Source: an uncultured Gammaproteobacteria bacterium
GTDB taxonomy: Bacteria > Pseudomonadota > Gammaproteobacteria > GCA-002705445 > GCA-002716945
NCBI GenBank assembly: GCA_902521725.1
Contig: CABYTF010000001.1
Span: 254,386-318,385 of the forward strand
Reading direction: 5' to 3'
Length of the DNA: 64,000 nt
A program made the position numbers and the translations under genes. Positions 23,573 to 33,152 of the stretch are shown here, piece by piece (position 1 is the first letter of the stretch; every line of letters begins with the position of its first letter). The notes under the pieces were generated by a model, which was given only the letters and a program-made list of their open reading frames with translations, was not told where the DNA came from and ran no database searches.

Positions 23573-24064
23573 ATGTCAACTTTTGTATATATGACCAGAT
23601 GTGATGGTTGTGGAATGTGTGTAGATATCTGTCCATCAGATATAATGCATATCGATAAAACATTGAGGCGTGCGGTTAACATAGAACCAAACATGTGTTG
23701 GGAGTGTTACTCTTGCGTGAAAGCATGTGACCAAAATGCTATCGATGCTCGTGGTTACGCTGATTTCTCACCACTGGGCCATAGCGTAAGGGCACTCAGA
23801 GAGGAAGAAAAAGGAACTATTTCTTGGAAAATTAAGTTCAGAAACGGCACAGAAAAAAATTTCTGTTCACCAATTACTACTAAACCTTGGGGAGAGTACA
23901 TTCCTGAGTTAGCAACAGAGCCATCACCAGCAAAAGATGTTTATGACGGCGAGCTACTGTACAATGAACCAAAATATCTCAAAACAGGTGAAGTGCAAAC
24001 TGCTAATGATGGTCTACCTGAAATGACAAAAATCGGTAAGCTAAAACAGGGAGTATATTACTAA
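23573..24064 (+). CDS. aprB: adenylylsulfate reductase beta subunit (2x[4Fe-4S])
   Basis: 163 aa; CDGCGMCVDICP and CWECYSCVKAC clusters with the AprB C-terminal tail. Confidence 0.9.
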   Translation: MSTFVYMTRCDGCGMCVDICPSDIMHIDKTLRRAVNIEPNMCWECYSCVKACDQNAIDARGYADFSPLGHSVRALREEEKGTISWKIKFRNGTEKNFCSPITTKPWGEYIPELATEPSPAKDVYDGELLYNEPKYLKTGEVQTANDGLPEMTKIGKLKQGVYY

Positions 24065-25917
24065 TGGCTAGAAAAACACATTATGAAGATTGCGATATTC
24101 TTGTTGTAGGCGGAGGTATGGCCGGTACAGGTGCTGCGTTTGAATCAAGATATTGGGGTAAAGACATGAAAATCATTGTGGCCGAGAAAGCTAACATTGA
24201 TAGAAGTGGTGCTGTGGCTCAAGGTCTGTATGCTATCAACTGTTACATGGGCATGCAGTGGGGTGAGAATGCTCCTGAAGATCATGTGAGATATGCGCGT
24301 AATGACCTGATGGGAATGGTCCGAGAAGATCTTGCGTATGATATGGCTCGACATGTTGACTCTGCGGTTCACATGTTTGAAGAGTGGGGTCTGCCATTGA
24401 TGCGAAATAAAGAAACAGGTCGCTATCAAAGAGAGGGCAAATGGCAAATAATGATCCACGGCGAGAGCTACAAGCCTATAGTTGCTGAAGCAGCCAAGAA
24501 ATCAGCTGATAAGATTTACAACAGAGTAATGATTACTCACTTGCTGATGGATGAAGCCAAAGAAAACAGGATAGGTGGTGCATGTGGGTTCAACATGCGT
24601 ACAGGTGAGTTCCATGTATTCCGCGCTAAAGCTGTTGTATGTGCTGCAGGTGGAGCCTCTCATATATTCAAACCTAGATCAGTTGGAGAAGGTATGGGTC
24701 GTACTTGGTATGCACCTTGGAGTAATGGCTCTGCTTATGCATTACCGATTGCTGTTGGTGCAAAGATGACCCAAATGGAAAATAGAATCGTATTGACACG
24801 TTTTAAAGATGGTTATGGTCCTGTTGGAGCTTATTTCCTCCATCTTAAAACTTATACACAGAATGCAGCAGGTGAAAACTATGAGAAAAAGTGGTACGAC
24901 AACACAAAAGCAATTGTCGGCGAGTACCTTGATCATGTTCCAACACCAACCTGTCTGAGAAACCATGCTTTCATTCAAGAGACAATACACGGAGGCGGAC
25001 CTATCCATATGGTAACTATGGAAGCATTCCAAGATCCTCACCTTGAGGAAATCGGTTGGGAAAACTTTCTAGGTATGACTGTTGGACAAGCAGTGGTTTG
25101 GGCTGCTCAAGACATTGATCCTAAATATCAAAACCCGGAACTAACAACATCAGAACCATATGTAATGGGTTCTCATGCAACATGTTCTGGAGCTTGGTGT
25201 AGTGGTCCAGAGGACTTATCTCCACCGGAGTATTTCTGGGGATACAATCGTATGATGACTATTGATGGATTATTTGCTGCTGGTGATGCCGCAGGTGGAA
25301 CCGCACACGCATTCTCCTCAGGCTCATTTACTGAGGGTAGATTATGCGCCAAAGCAGCGGTCAAATACATTAAAGATCAAAAAGCTGTTGGAATCAGAGT
25401 TTCCGATAGCCAAATCGAAAAATACAAAGAGGAAGTTTATAAACCTCTTGAAAACTATACCGTTGGACGTAACGAGATAACAGCAGGTACAGTATCACCA
25501 AGTTATCTACTTCCAATTCAGGGTCTTCAGCGTCTGCAGAAGATTATGGATGACTACGCGGGAGGTATAGGAACAAACTATATGACTAACGGTAATATGC
25601 TCAAAAGAGGTCTTCAGTTACTCGATACACTTACTGAAGATTTAGAGAAAATTGGTGCAGAGGATTATCATCAGTTAATGAGAGCATGGGAGCTTAAACA
25701 TAGAACTTTAGTCTCTCAATGTGTTTGTGAACATACATTATTCCGTGAAGAAACACGTTGGCCTGGTTATTACTATCGTGGTGATTTTTTAAAGCTTGAT
25801 GACGATAACTGGCATTGTCTAACAGTCTCAAGAAGAGATCCTGAAACAGGTAAATTCACTTGTGAAAAAGCTCCTCTATATCATATCGTTGACGAAGAGA
25901 CAGAAAAAGTTTCTTGA
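24064..25917 (+). CDS. aprA: adenylylsulfate reductase alpha subunit (FAD)
   Basis: 617 aa; VVGGGMAGTGAA FAD fold; fumarate-reductase-like flavoprotein architecture; start overlaps the aprB stop. Confidence 0.93.
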   Translation: MARKTHYEDCDILVVGGGMAGTGAAFESRYWGKDMKIIVAEKANIDRSGAVAQGLYAINCYMGMQWGENAPEDHVRYARNDLMGMVREDLAYDMARHVDSAVHMFEEWGLPLMRNKETGRYQREGKWQIMIHGESYKPIVAEAAKKSADKIYNRVMITHLLMDEAKENRIGGACGFNMRTGEFHVFRAKAVVCAAGGASHIFKPRSVGEGMGRTWYAPWSNGSAYALPIAVGAKMTQMENRIVLTRFKDGYGPVGAYFLHLKTYTQNAAGENYEKKWYDNTKAIVGEYLDHVPTPTCLRNHAFIQETIHGGGPIHMVTMEAFQDPHLEEIGWENFLGMTVGQAVVWAAQDIDPKYQNPELTTSEPYVMGSHATCSGAWCSGPEDLSPPEYFWGYNRMMTIDGLFAAGDAAGGTAHAFSSGSFTEGRLCAKAAVKYIKDQKAVGIRVSDSQIEKYKEEVYKPLENYTVGRNEITAGTVSPSYLLPIQGLQRLQKIMDDYAGGIGTNYMTNGNMLKRGLQLLDTLTEDLEKIGAEDYHQLMRAWELKHRTLVSQCVCEHTLFREETRWPGYYYRGDFLKLDDDNWHCLTVSRRDPETGKFTCEKAPLYHIVDEETEKVS

Positions 25918-25919
25918 TA

Positions 25920-26273
25920 ATGACACAGCTATTGGAGCTATCTGATCAAGAAATTATTGATATTGCTAACCCGTTGTGGGAAGACTTAATTAGGACTTCT
26001 AATAACAAAGACTACGGCGGGTTTACCAAGAATTTCTCAAAAAAAATGCTTATGGGTGCGGATGAGGTAACTCTCGGTAAACAATGGGCTAATAGCCCAA
26101 TATTAGCTAAATTATCACCTGATTTCGAAGCATTAGGTTGTCTAAAAAGAGATGAGTACGTCACTGTAATTTTCAAACAGGTCAGTGAATCTGTACCTGG
26201 TGAATATTTGGGAAGATTGGTATTAGGCGTCCAAGATGATGATGTTAAGATATATGGATGTACAATCTTTTAA
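25920..26273 (+). CDS. hypothetical protein, translationally coupled to aprA
   Basis: 117 aa from the ATG 2 nt after the aprA stop (the track uses a TTG at 25914); no motif I can recognise. Confidence 0.5.
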   Translation: MTQLLELSDQEIIDIANPLWEDLIRTSNNKDYGGFTKNFSKKMLMGADEVTLGKQWANSPILAKLSPDFEALGCLKRDEYVTVIFKQVSESVPGEYLGRLVLGVQDDDVKIYGCTIF

Positions 26274-26279
26274 CTCTTG

Positions 26280-26798
26280 ATGCATGACATAAGAAAAATC
26301 ACGGTTATTTCTGATACGCACGGAGTCATCGATGATCAAATAATCCCAGTGTTGAATGATTCAGATATGATTGTCCATGCTGGAGATATCATGAGCACAT
26401 CTATCATCAAAAAACTTAAGACGTATTCTAGGAGGGTTGTCGCTGTTGCAGGTAACAATGATTTACCTGAAAGATATTCAGATGAAGAGGATAAAAAAAT
26501 TATCTCTGAGTTAAAAAAAGTAGAGCAGTTTTCAATCAACAACGAACTTGTCACAGTCGAGCATGGTGACAGATTTGGTCATCACCCACCGCATGCTGAT
26601 TTAAGAGCCGCTTACCCTGATTCAAAGTTGATTATTTATGGGCACACACATAACCAAGTGTGTGATAAGAGCAAGAGCCCATGGGTTGTAAATCCAGGCG
26701 CTGCAGGACACACTAGGAATAATGATGGCGGCCCGTGCTACATGCAAATATTGATTGATAATGACAAATGGGAAATTAAATCTCATTGCATAAAATAA
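26280..26798 (+). CDS. metallophosphoesterase, YfcE/MJ0936 family
   Basis: 172 aa; SDTHG, GDI, GNND and GHTH calcineurin-like motifs; collinear with E. coli YfcE. Confidence 0.8.
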   Translation: MHDIRKITVISDTHGVIDDQIIPVLNDSDMIVHAGDIMSTSIIKKLKTYSRRVVAVAGNNDLPERYSDEEDKKIISELKKVEQFSINNELVTVEHGDRFGHHPPHADLRAAYPDSKLIIYGHTHNQVCDKSKSPWVVNPGAAGHTRNNDGGPCYMQILIDNDKWEIKSHCIK

Positions 26799-27730
26799 TG
26801 AATGACAAGGTCCTCACTATTTTCGGTGGTTCAGGATTCATAGCATCTGAACTGGTTTACAAACTTTCTGATCACTTTAAGGAAATTAGAGTGCTATCTC
26901 GTAATATCGAAAAATGCAAACAAATTAAAGTGATTAAGAATGTTGACTTATTTTTGTATGATCCATCAAATGCAAGCTCATTCACTCGATTCTTAAAAGA
27001 TAGTCACGTTGTTATTAACACTGTAGGTATTTTGAATGAGTCTAGAAAAATGACTTTTGATGATGTTCATTTTAATTTTGTAAAAACCTTAGTGAGTAAA
27101 TCTAGAGAAAATAATGTAGCAAAGTTCATCCAATTAAGTGCTCTAAACGCAGATATGAATGCGCCAAGCAAGTATTTACAATCAAAAGGTAAGGCAGACG
27201 ACTACATATCCTCTAATAATGATACAAAATTCAAGACTGTGGTGTTTAGACCATCAATTGTTTTTGGTGAACGCGACAGTTTTTTCAACAGATTTAATCG
27301 TTTACTTAAATATATTCCTATTTTCCCTCTAGCATGTCCTAAATCCTTATTTTCTCCAATTTACGTGAAGGACTTGTCAAACTTTGTGGTCGAATCAATC
27401 TTGACAAATAAGTATGATAATCAGGTTAATAATGTGACTGGCCCAAAAAATTACAGTTTTCTTGAACTAATTAATTTTATACTGAAAGTTAAAAATACTA
27501 AGCGTATTATTATTCCACTAAACTATACGCTGTCTTATTTGCAAGCATTCGGATTTACCTATCTTGTTCCAGGTAATATTTTTACACTTGATAACCTTAA
27601 ATCTCTTCAAATTGACAACATAAGTTCTGATGGCCTTAAAGGTAAGACTACCATTGATGAGATAGTTCCATCGTATTTATCTAAAAAAAATAATAAACTT
27701 GATACTTATAGAAAAAACGCAGGCAGATAA
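26798..27730 (+). CDS. NAD(P)-binding atypical SDR, NDUFA9-like (complex I 39-kDa subunit-like) family
   Basis: GGSGFIASE Rossmann motif; LSALNADxNAPSKYLQSK, RPSIVFGERDSFFNRF and IFPL...PIYVKD blocks parallel the NDUFA9-like family. Start taken at ATG 26798 (TAATG overlap); track alternative is 26786. Confidence 0.68.
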   Translation: MNDKVLTIFGGSGFIASELVYKLSDHFKEIRVLSRNIEKCKQIKVIKNVDLFLYDPSNASSFTRFLKDSHVVINTVGILNESRKMTFDDVHFNFVKTLVSKSRENNVAKFIQLSALNADMNAPSKYLQSKGKADDYISSNNDTKFKTVVFRPSIVFGERDSFFNRFNRLLKYIPIFPLACPKSLFSPIYVKDLSNFVVESILTNKYDNQVNNVTGPKNYSFLELINFILKVKNTKRIIIPLNYTLSYLQAFGFTYLVPGNIFTLDNLKSLQIDNISSDGLKGKTTIDEIVPSYLSKKNNKLDTYRKNAGR

Positions 27731-28812
27731 TGAAGACTTACCTGGTAGGTGGTGCAATACGTGACAGATTACTTGGTTTTAAACCTAAGGAAAGAGATTG
27801 GGTTGTTGTAGGTTCATCACCTCAGGAAATGAAATCTAAAGGCTTTAGACAGGTTGGAAAAGATTTTCCTGTGTTTATTCATCCTCAGACGGGAGAAGAA
27901 TATGCGCTTGCAAGGACAGAAAGAAAATCTGGACATGGTTACTCTGGTTTTGAGTTCGACATTAATTCAAATGTTACTTTAGAAGAAGATTTGGAGAGAA
28001 GGGACCTTACCATTAATGCGATAGCGGAGGATGAACATGGAAACCTTATAGACCCATTTGATGGACAAAAGGACATTGAAAATAAAAAATTAAGACACGT
28101 ATCAGATGCATTTTCAGAGGATCCCCTCAGAGTTTTAAGACTAGCAAGATTTAAGGTGAGATATGATGACTTTGAAATAGTACCAGAGACTCTGGATAAA
28201 GTTACAGAAATAATAGGGAGTTCTGAGTTAGATCATTTAACTGGTGAGAGAGTTTGGCTAGAAATGTACAAATCTGACAATCCATGGTTGTTCAGAAAAG
28301 AGCTCACTCATCTGGGTGCTGATAATGTTCTTTATATCGACTCAAAAAAAAGTGATGGGATCTGTTTATCTCCGAATATGAAAAACAAACTGCATATGAT
28401 TTCATGTTTTATTCATGAAGAGGTATCTAATATTGATGAATTTTGTCTAAAGTTAAAAATACCAAATGAATACAAAGACCTTGCAAATTTACTAAATCAA
28501 TCTAAAGCTAGTATAGAAGAATATGAGCCAGTTACAGATAGCTATGAACAGCTTATTGGCATTGTAAAAGAACTTGACATAAGAAAAAAAGATAGACTTA
28601 AAAACTTTTTTGAAGTGTACACCAATGATGGAAATAAGGATAAGGTTGACTTTTTTCAATCATTCATAGAAAAATTAGATCAATTCAGACTAAAAGAGGA
28701 GGACCGTAAAAAGACAAACGATGAGATCAAAAAAGTTATTGAACATTCCTATAGAATACTTGCACAAGATCACATTAGAGAGTACTTAGATAATCAGCAA
28801 AATAGATCCTAA
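27730..28812 (+). CDS. cca: tRNA nucleotidyltransferase (CCA-adding enzyme), HD domain degenerate
   Basis: 360 aa; GGAIRDxLLG head-domain motif plus RDLTINA. The region where the HD motif would sit shows no His-Asp pair. Confidence 0.85.
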   Translation: MKTYLVGGAIRDRLLGFKPKERDWVVVGSSPQEMKSKGFRQVGKDFPVFIHPQTGEEYALARTERKSGHGYSGFEFDINSNVTLEEDLERRDLTINAIAEDEHGNLIDPFDGQKDIENKKLRHVSDAFSEDPLRVLRLARFKVRYDDFEIVPETLDKVTEIIGSSELDHLTGERVWLEMYKSDNPWLFRKELTHLGADNVLYIDSKKSDGICLSPNMKNKLHMISCFIHEEVSNIDEFCLKLKIPNEYKDLANLLNQSKASIEEYEPVTDSYEQLIGIVKELDIRKKDRLKNFFEVYTNDGNKDKVDFFQSFIEKLDQFRLKEEDRKKTNDEIKKVIEHSYRILAQDHIREYLDNQQNRS

Positions 28813-29550
28813 GACAATTCTATATATTATGTATGGAGAAAAAGTCACTTTATTAATTGTTGAAATAAATAATCTAATAGTTAAATAAGAAAATACAAAT
28901 GAAAGCAAAAATCCTAAGATGTAATCTTTCATTATGATAACCTCATCTACACTCAAAAGCTGTACTGTTTGGTAGGTTGATGCCATAAAAATAGCAGGTA
29001 TTGATAAAAGAAAAGATATTCTAATAGAATCTTTTCTTGTGAAACCAACTAGCAATGCTGCTGTGATAACAACACCTGCCCTTGATACACCAGGCATGAT
29101 TGCAAGAGCCTGCATTAGACCAATAAAAAACATGAGCCTGTATGAGCAATTAATCATGTTTTTGTTCTCTTCTCTATTTTTATCTACAAAATATAGAGCT
29201 AGAGCGAATATTATAGTCATAATTGCAATAGAATGAACATTTCTCATGTAGAGAGAAACATAATCAATGAATATTATTCCAATAATTGGTAAAGGTATTG
29301 AGGCAAATATCATCAGCTTCAAATAATGTCTACCATCATCTGTCATAACAAAGATCTTTTTTATTTCATCTTTGAAATAGATCAATATCGCCAATAAAGA
29401 TCCAGTATGTAATGCAATATCAAATCCCAGCCCTTGGTCAGGAAAATTACTAAGTTCAGATAATAAGACTAGATGTGCACTACTTGATATTGGTAAAAAT
29501 TCTGTCACACCCTGAATAAAGGACAATATAATTATATTTATTATTTCCAT
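28786..29550 (-). CDS. uppP: undecaprenyl-diphosphatase
   Basis: 254 aa; 8-TM; QGVTEFLPISSSAHL signature; 27-nt convergent overlap with cca. Confidence 0.92.
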   Translation of the reverse strand: MEIINIIILSFIQGVTEFLPISSSAHLVLLSELSNFPDQGLGFDIALHTGSLLAILIYFKDEIKKIFVMTDDGRHYLKLMIFASIPLPIIGIIFIDYVSLYMRNVHSIAIMTIIFALALYFVDKNREENKNMINCSYRLMFFIGLMQALAIMPGVSRAGVVITAALLVGFTRKDSIRISFLLSIPAIFMASTYQTVQLLSVDEVIIMKDYILGFLLSFVFSYLTIRLFISTINKVTFSPYIIYRIVLGSILLII

Positions 29551-30632
29551 TACAATTTCATTATGTCATTTTTAATAAAATTCTTATTAGAGTCACTCTT
29601 TATATTCTTTACAGCAATTAATACTTTAAATATCTCACCCATCTGATTGGGCATTATTAATTTTTTAATTGACGTTAACTCACCTATGTTTTCTATGTCA
29701 ATGTCATTTAGAATATCATAACTTAGTAAGTAATTAGCTTGACTCATGAAAGCATAAGGAGACCACCTGCTACATTTTAATATATTTTTAAGGTATGAAA
29801 AATTCACAAAGGAGCTTACATCCTTCTCACCAATATCCTCTAGAGGATTAAAGTCGGATAAATGATCTTTAATACATGCTATAGTCCCGTGCATTCTATC
29901 ATCGATATATAGCTCATTTGCAGAATAACCGTAGTCAAAAATTAGAAAATAACCCTTGTCAATGTATCTACTGATATTATTGATTATGTCATACTGTGCC
30001 GGACTAAACTCAAACAGATAATTATCTATTAGTTCACTGGGTAGCGACAGGTATTTAGCTTGTATCTCTGAGAACAGGTCATATTCTTGCCAAAATATTT
30101 TAAATTCATCATTTATATAAGCCTTATGAAATAAATTATTTTTATATTTAATAATTTCAGTTGGGATACAGTCAAATAATTCATTAGTTATAATAAATGC
30201 TTCACTCGGTAAGTCTTCATATTTATTAATCCAAATAAAATCTACAGATTCTCCCAGTTCAAGAGCATCTATCACTTTCTTTTGTATTTTTGTTAAACTG
30301 GATGACTTCTCTAAGAAATAATATCTTTTTGGTAGACATTTTTTCTTTTTCAAATACAGAATCAAATCTCTCGCAAGCTGAGCATTACCAGCGCCAAACT
30401 CTAAAATATAATTTATCTTTTCGTCATTAGAAACACTGATAAAATTCTTCGCTACGCAATGAGAAAAATGTTTGGAAACTAATGGGGATGTTATAAAGTG
30501 ACCTTCTTGACCTAAAACTTGGTCTTTTTCATAAAGACCATAGTCTTTATCAAAGAGGATTATTTCCATATATTCTGAGAAACTTATATTTTTATCTTCC
30601 TTTATTTTTAATTCAAGTTTCTCTCTCAACAA
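29550..30632 (-). CDS. SAM-dependent methyltransferase, MidA (DUF185/NDUFAF7-like) family
   Basis: 360 aa; GHFITSPLVS (compare GDFiTAPEiS) and ILEFGAGNAQLARDLL blocks of the MidA family. Confidence 0.7.
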   Translation of the reverse strand: MLREKLELKIKEDKNISFSEYMEIILFDKDYGLYEKDQVLGQEGHFITSPLVSKHFSHCVAKNFISVSNDEKINYILEFGAGNAQLARDLILYLKKKKCLPKRYYFLEKSSSLTKIQKKVIDALELGESVDFIWINKYEDLPSEAFIITNELFDCIPTEIIKYKNNLFHKAYINDEFKIFWQEYDLFSEIQAKYLSLPSELIDNYLFEFSPAQYDIINNISRYIDKGYFLIFDYGYSANELYIDDRMHGTIACIKDHLSDFNPLEDIGEKDVSSFVNFSYLKNILKCSRWSPYAFMSQANYLLSYDILNDIDIENIGELTSIKKLIMPNQMGEIFKVLIAVKNIKSDSNKNFIKNDIMKL

Positions 30633-30701
30633 ATCTAGCCTCTCCTAATAATTGCTATACAATCAGTATAAATTAATTTTAGATTATGTAATTATATATT
30701 A

Positions 30702-31436
30702 ATGATGAACAAAGTCGTATTAATTACTGGTGGAGCGAGAAGAATAGGCGCCGAAACAGCGAATTATCTTCATTCAAAAGGGATGAATATTTTGATAACT
30801 TATAGTAAGTCTGCAAGTGCTGCAAGAGAACTGAAGAAATCATTGAATTCCAAACGAGAAAACTCTTGTGAGATCTATAGAGTAGAGTTTAAATCTAACT
30901 TGAATTACAAGAAAGTTTCGAATGACTTTTTAAAAATATTTGGTCGAATAGATTATCTTATAAATAATGCATCTAAATTTTATCCAACTAAAATTAACGA
31001 TGTCTCAGAGAAAGTATGGCTTGACACTATCGATACAAATATAAAAGCTCCATTATTTCTGTCAAAACATTTGTTTGGAGAATTAAAGAAAAGAAAAGGG
31101 AGTATCATCAACATTATAGATATTCATGTAGAACCACCACTTAAAGATCATGTTATTTACAATATTAGCAAAGCTGGTTTACTTGCACTTACAAGATCTC
31201 TTGCAAAAGATCTAGCGCCACATATTAGAGTGAACGGAGTATCGCCTGGTGCTATCATGTGGCCCGAGAGTGATTCAAGTAAGAAGAAAAAACTAGATAT
31301 TATAAGTAAAATACCAATGAGATCTACTGGCGAGCCACTTGACATAGCTAAAGCGATATATTTTCTTCTAAATAACGCACCATATATCACTGGTCAGAAC
31401 ATTAATGTTGATGGTGGCAGACGATTAAATATGTGA
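30702..31436 (+). CDS. short-chain dehydrogenase/reductase, pteridine-reductase-like
   Basis: 244 aa; TGGARRIG cofactor motif; YxxxK catalytic dyad (YNISKAG). FolM-like by motif only. Confidence 0.55.
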   Translation: MMNKVVLITGGARRIGAETANYLHSKGMNILITYSKSASAARELKKSLNSKRENSCEIYRVEFKSNLNYKKVSNDFLKIFGRIDYLINNASKFYPTKINDVSEKVWLDTIDTNIKAPLFLSKHLFGELKKRKGSIINIIDIHVEPPLKDHVIYNISKAGLLALTRSLAKDLAPHIRVNGVSPGAIMWPESDSSKKKKLDIISKIPMRSTGEPLDIAKAIYFLLNNAPYITGQNINVDGGRRLNM

Positions 31437-31859
31437 GTCGTACAACCGCGATAAAATTATCAAACTCAGAGCTAGAGTAGTGGTTATGGGAATACGTAAC
31501 TTTAGATAATATACAGTAGGGAATAGCCCTTTGAGAGTTAATAACAAATCTGCAATCAGCTGCAATAAAAATGCAAACACAATAGCATTTATGAGGATTA
31601 CTCTATCGAAATCAAGTAAGGCAAGAATAATTATAATCATTGAAAATAAGCTGGGTAAGAAGCCATAGAATTCAAGGATAAAATTATCATTTTTAAAGTC
31701 CCAGTTATATGCGCCTATAAATGTAAAAATAATACATGCCATAAAAATTGATACATCTAGAATAAAAATTATGTCAAGAATCTCTATGAAATAGCCATCT
31801 AAAATTAGATAAAGAAAAGGAACAAGACCAAGATATGAGACAATATATTTCAAATTCAT
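31425..31859 (-). CDS. hypothetical 4-TM membrane protein
   Basis: 144 aa; very hydrophobic; ATGA overlap with the folK stop, suggesting co-translation with folB-folK. Confidence 0.5.
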   Translation of the reverse strand: MNLKYIVSYLGLVPFLYLILDGYFIEILDIIFILDVSIFMACIIFTFIGAYNWDFKNDNFILEFYGFLPSLFSMIIIILALLDFDRVILINAIVFAFLLQLIADLLLTLKGLFPTVYYLKLRIPITTTLALSLIILSRLYDSHI

Positions 31860-32362
31860 ACTGCTAGAGGTAAGGAAATTCTTTTGACTATCATTTTCTG
31901 GTAGATGTTATCAGCAAGCATCTTATTATGAGTTTTTCTTGTATTAGGATGAATGTGCCCTGGAGCCAGATCGTATAGAGGACGTAAGACGAAATCGAAT
32001 TTAATAATTTCACTTCTTGGAATATTCTTTTCTTCATCAATAATATCGTCATAGTAGAGTATATCTATATCTAGTGTTCGTGAACTAAACTTAACTTCTC
32101 CTAATGATCTTCCGTTTTGAGTTTCAATATCATTCAATAATTTTTTTAGTGATACTAGATCATTCTTTGTCTCAAAAAAGGCAGCTAAATTATAAAAGTT
32201 TGGACCATCAAATCCCATTGATGACGATTCATATATGGGGGAGAGACGCAAATTGGAAAAATTTTCCTTAAGGGATTTTATACATTTTTTTATGTGTGAA
32301 ATTGGTTCTATGTTACTACCAATACCTACATAAACCTTATGTACTGTCTCTATATCGCTCAA
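31856..32362 (-). CDS. folK: 2-amino-4-hydroxy-6-hydroxymethyldihydropteridine pyrophosphokinase
   Basis: 168 aa; VYVGIGSNI N-terminus and HPPK fold. Confidence 0.9.
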   Translation of the reverse strand: MSDIETVHKVYVGIGSNIEPISHIKKCIKSLKENFSNLRLSPIYESSSMGFDGPNFYNLAAFFETKNDLVSLKKLLNDIETQNGRSLGEVKFSSRTLDIDILYYDDIIDEEKNIPRSEIIKFDFVLRPLYDLAPGHIHPNTRKTHNKMLADNIYQKMIVKRISLPLAV

Positions 32363-32696
32363 TTATGACTCCTACTTCTTTCGAACCAGTTACAGCACCC
32401 GGTTTGCTAAATCTTCCTTTTATGTAGTTTACATTAAACTTCTCAAAAATCAGCTTAACTGACTCCTCTGCAAGAGCCTCTATTAGTTGAAATTCACTAT
32501 CACCAATAAATGATTTCAATGTCTTTGAAACGGCCTTATAGTCAATAGTATCATCAATCACATCACTATTAGATGCATTACTGATATCTGTTCCCAGTTC
32601 AAGATCAATGCACACGAACTGTTTTATCTTTCTCTCCCAGTCATATATGCCTATGACAGTCTCAATACAAAGTTCTTTAATAAATACAATATCCAT
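32337..32696 (-). CDS. folB: dihydroneopterin aldolase
   Basis: 119 aa; MDIVFIKEL...IGIYDWER DHNA signature. Confidence 0.85.
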   Translation of the reverse strand: MDIVFIKELCIETVIGIYDWERKIKQFVCIDLELGTDISNASNSDVIDDTIDYKAVSKTLKSFIGDSEFQLIEALAEESVKLIFEKFNVNYIKGRFSKPGAVTGSKEVGVIIERYRDST

Positions 32697-32772
32697 ATTT
32701 TTCTCTCAATTTAGACAATAAACAGTATTGTATCTGATTAGGTTTCTGATATCATTACTGAGTTACAAAATC

Positions 32773-33000
32773 ATGTCTAAAATATGCGAAATAACAAAAA
32801 AAAGAGTTATGGTTGGGAATAATGTGTCCCACGCCAAGAACCGCACTAGACGCACATTTGAACCTAACCTTCACTCTCACAGGCTATGGTCTGAGAAACA
32901 AAAAAAGTTTATTAAACTAACTCTCTCGAATAAAGGGCTTAGAATAGTAAACAAACTAGGTTTAGATGCAGCTTTGACTAAGTATGGATTAGATCAATGA
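32773..33000 (+). CDS. rpmB: 50S ribosomal protein L28
   Basis: [39 protein letters not shown] matches L28. Start moved from track start 32728 to ATG 32773. Confidence 0.93.
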   Translation: MSKICEITKKRVMVGNNVSHAKNRTRRTFEPNLHSHRLWSEKQKKFIKLTLSNKGLRIVNKLGLDAALTKYGLDQ

Positions 33001-33152
33001 GAGAGAAAATTAAACTAGTTTCATCCGCAGGAACAGGTCACTTTTACACCACAACAAAGAATAAAAAAACTATGCCTGACAAAATGGAAATCAAGAAATT
33101 CGACCCTGTTGTTAGAAAGTATGTGGTTTATTCAGAGAAGAAAATCAAGTAA
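32997..33152 (+). CDS. rpmG: 50S ribosomal protein L33
   Basis: Not in the ORF track (51 aa). My translation [51 protein letters not shown] matches L33; ATGA overlap with rpmB. Confidence 0.9.
   Translation: MREKIKLVSSAGTGHFYTTTKNKKTMPDKMEIKKFDPVVRKYVVYSEKKIK

Noticed and set aside
30702-31436. Calling the SDR 'folM' as part of a folB-folK pterin operon.
   Set aside because: It is on the opposite strand and converges on (overlaps) the membrane-protein gene that ends the folB-folK unit, so there is no operon link. Only the generic pteridine-reductase-like SDR motifs support it.
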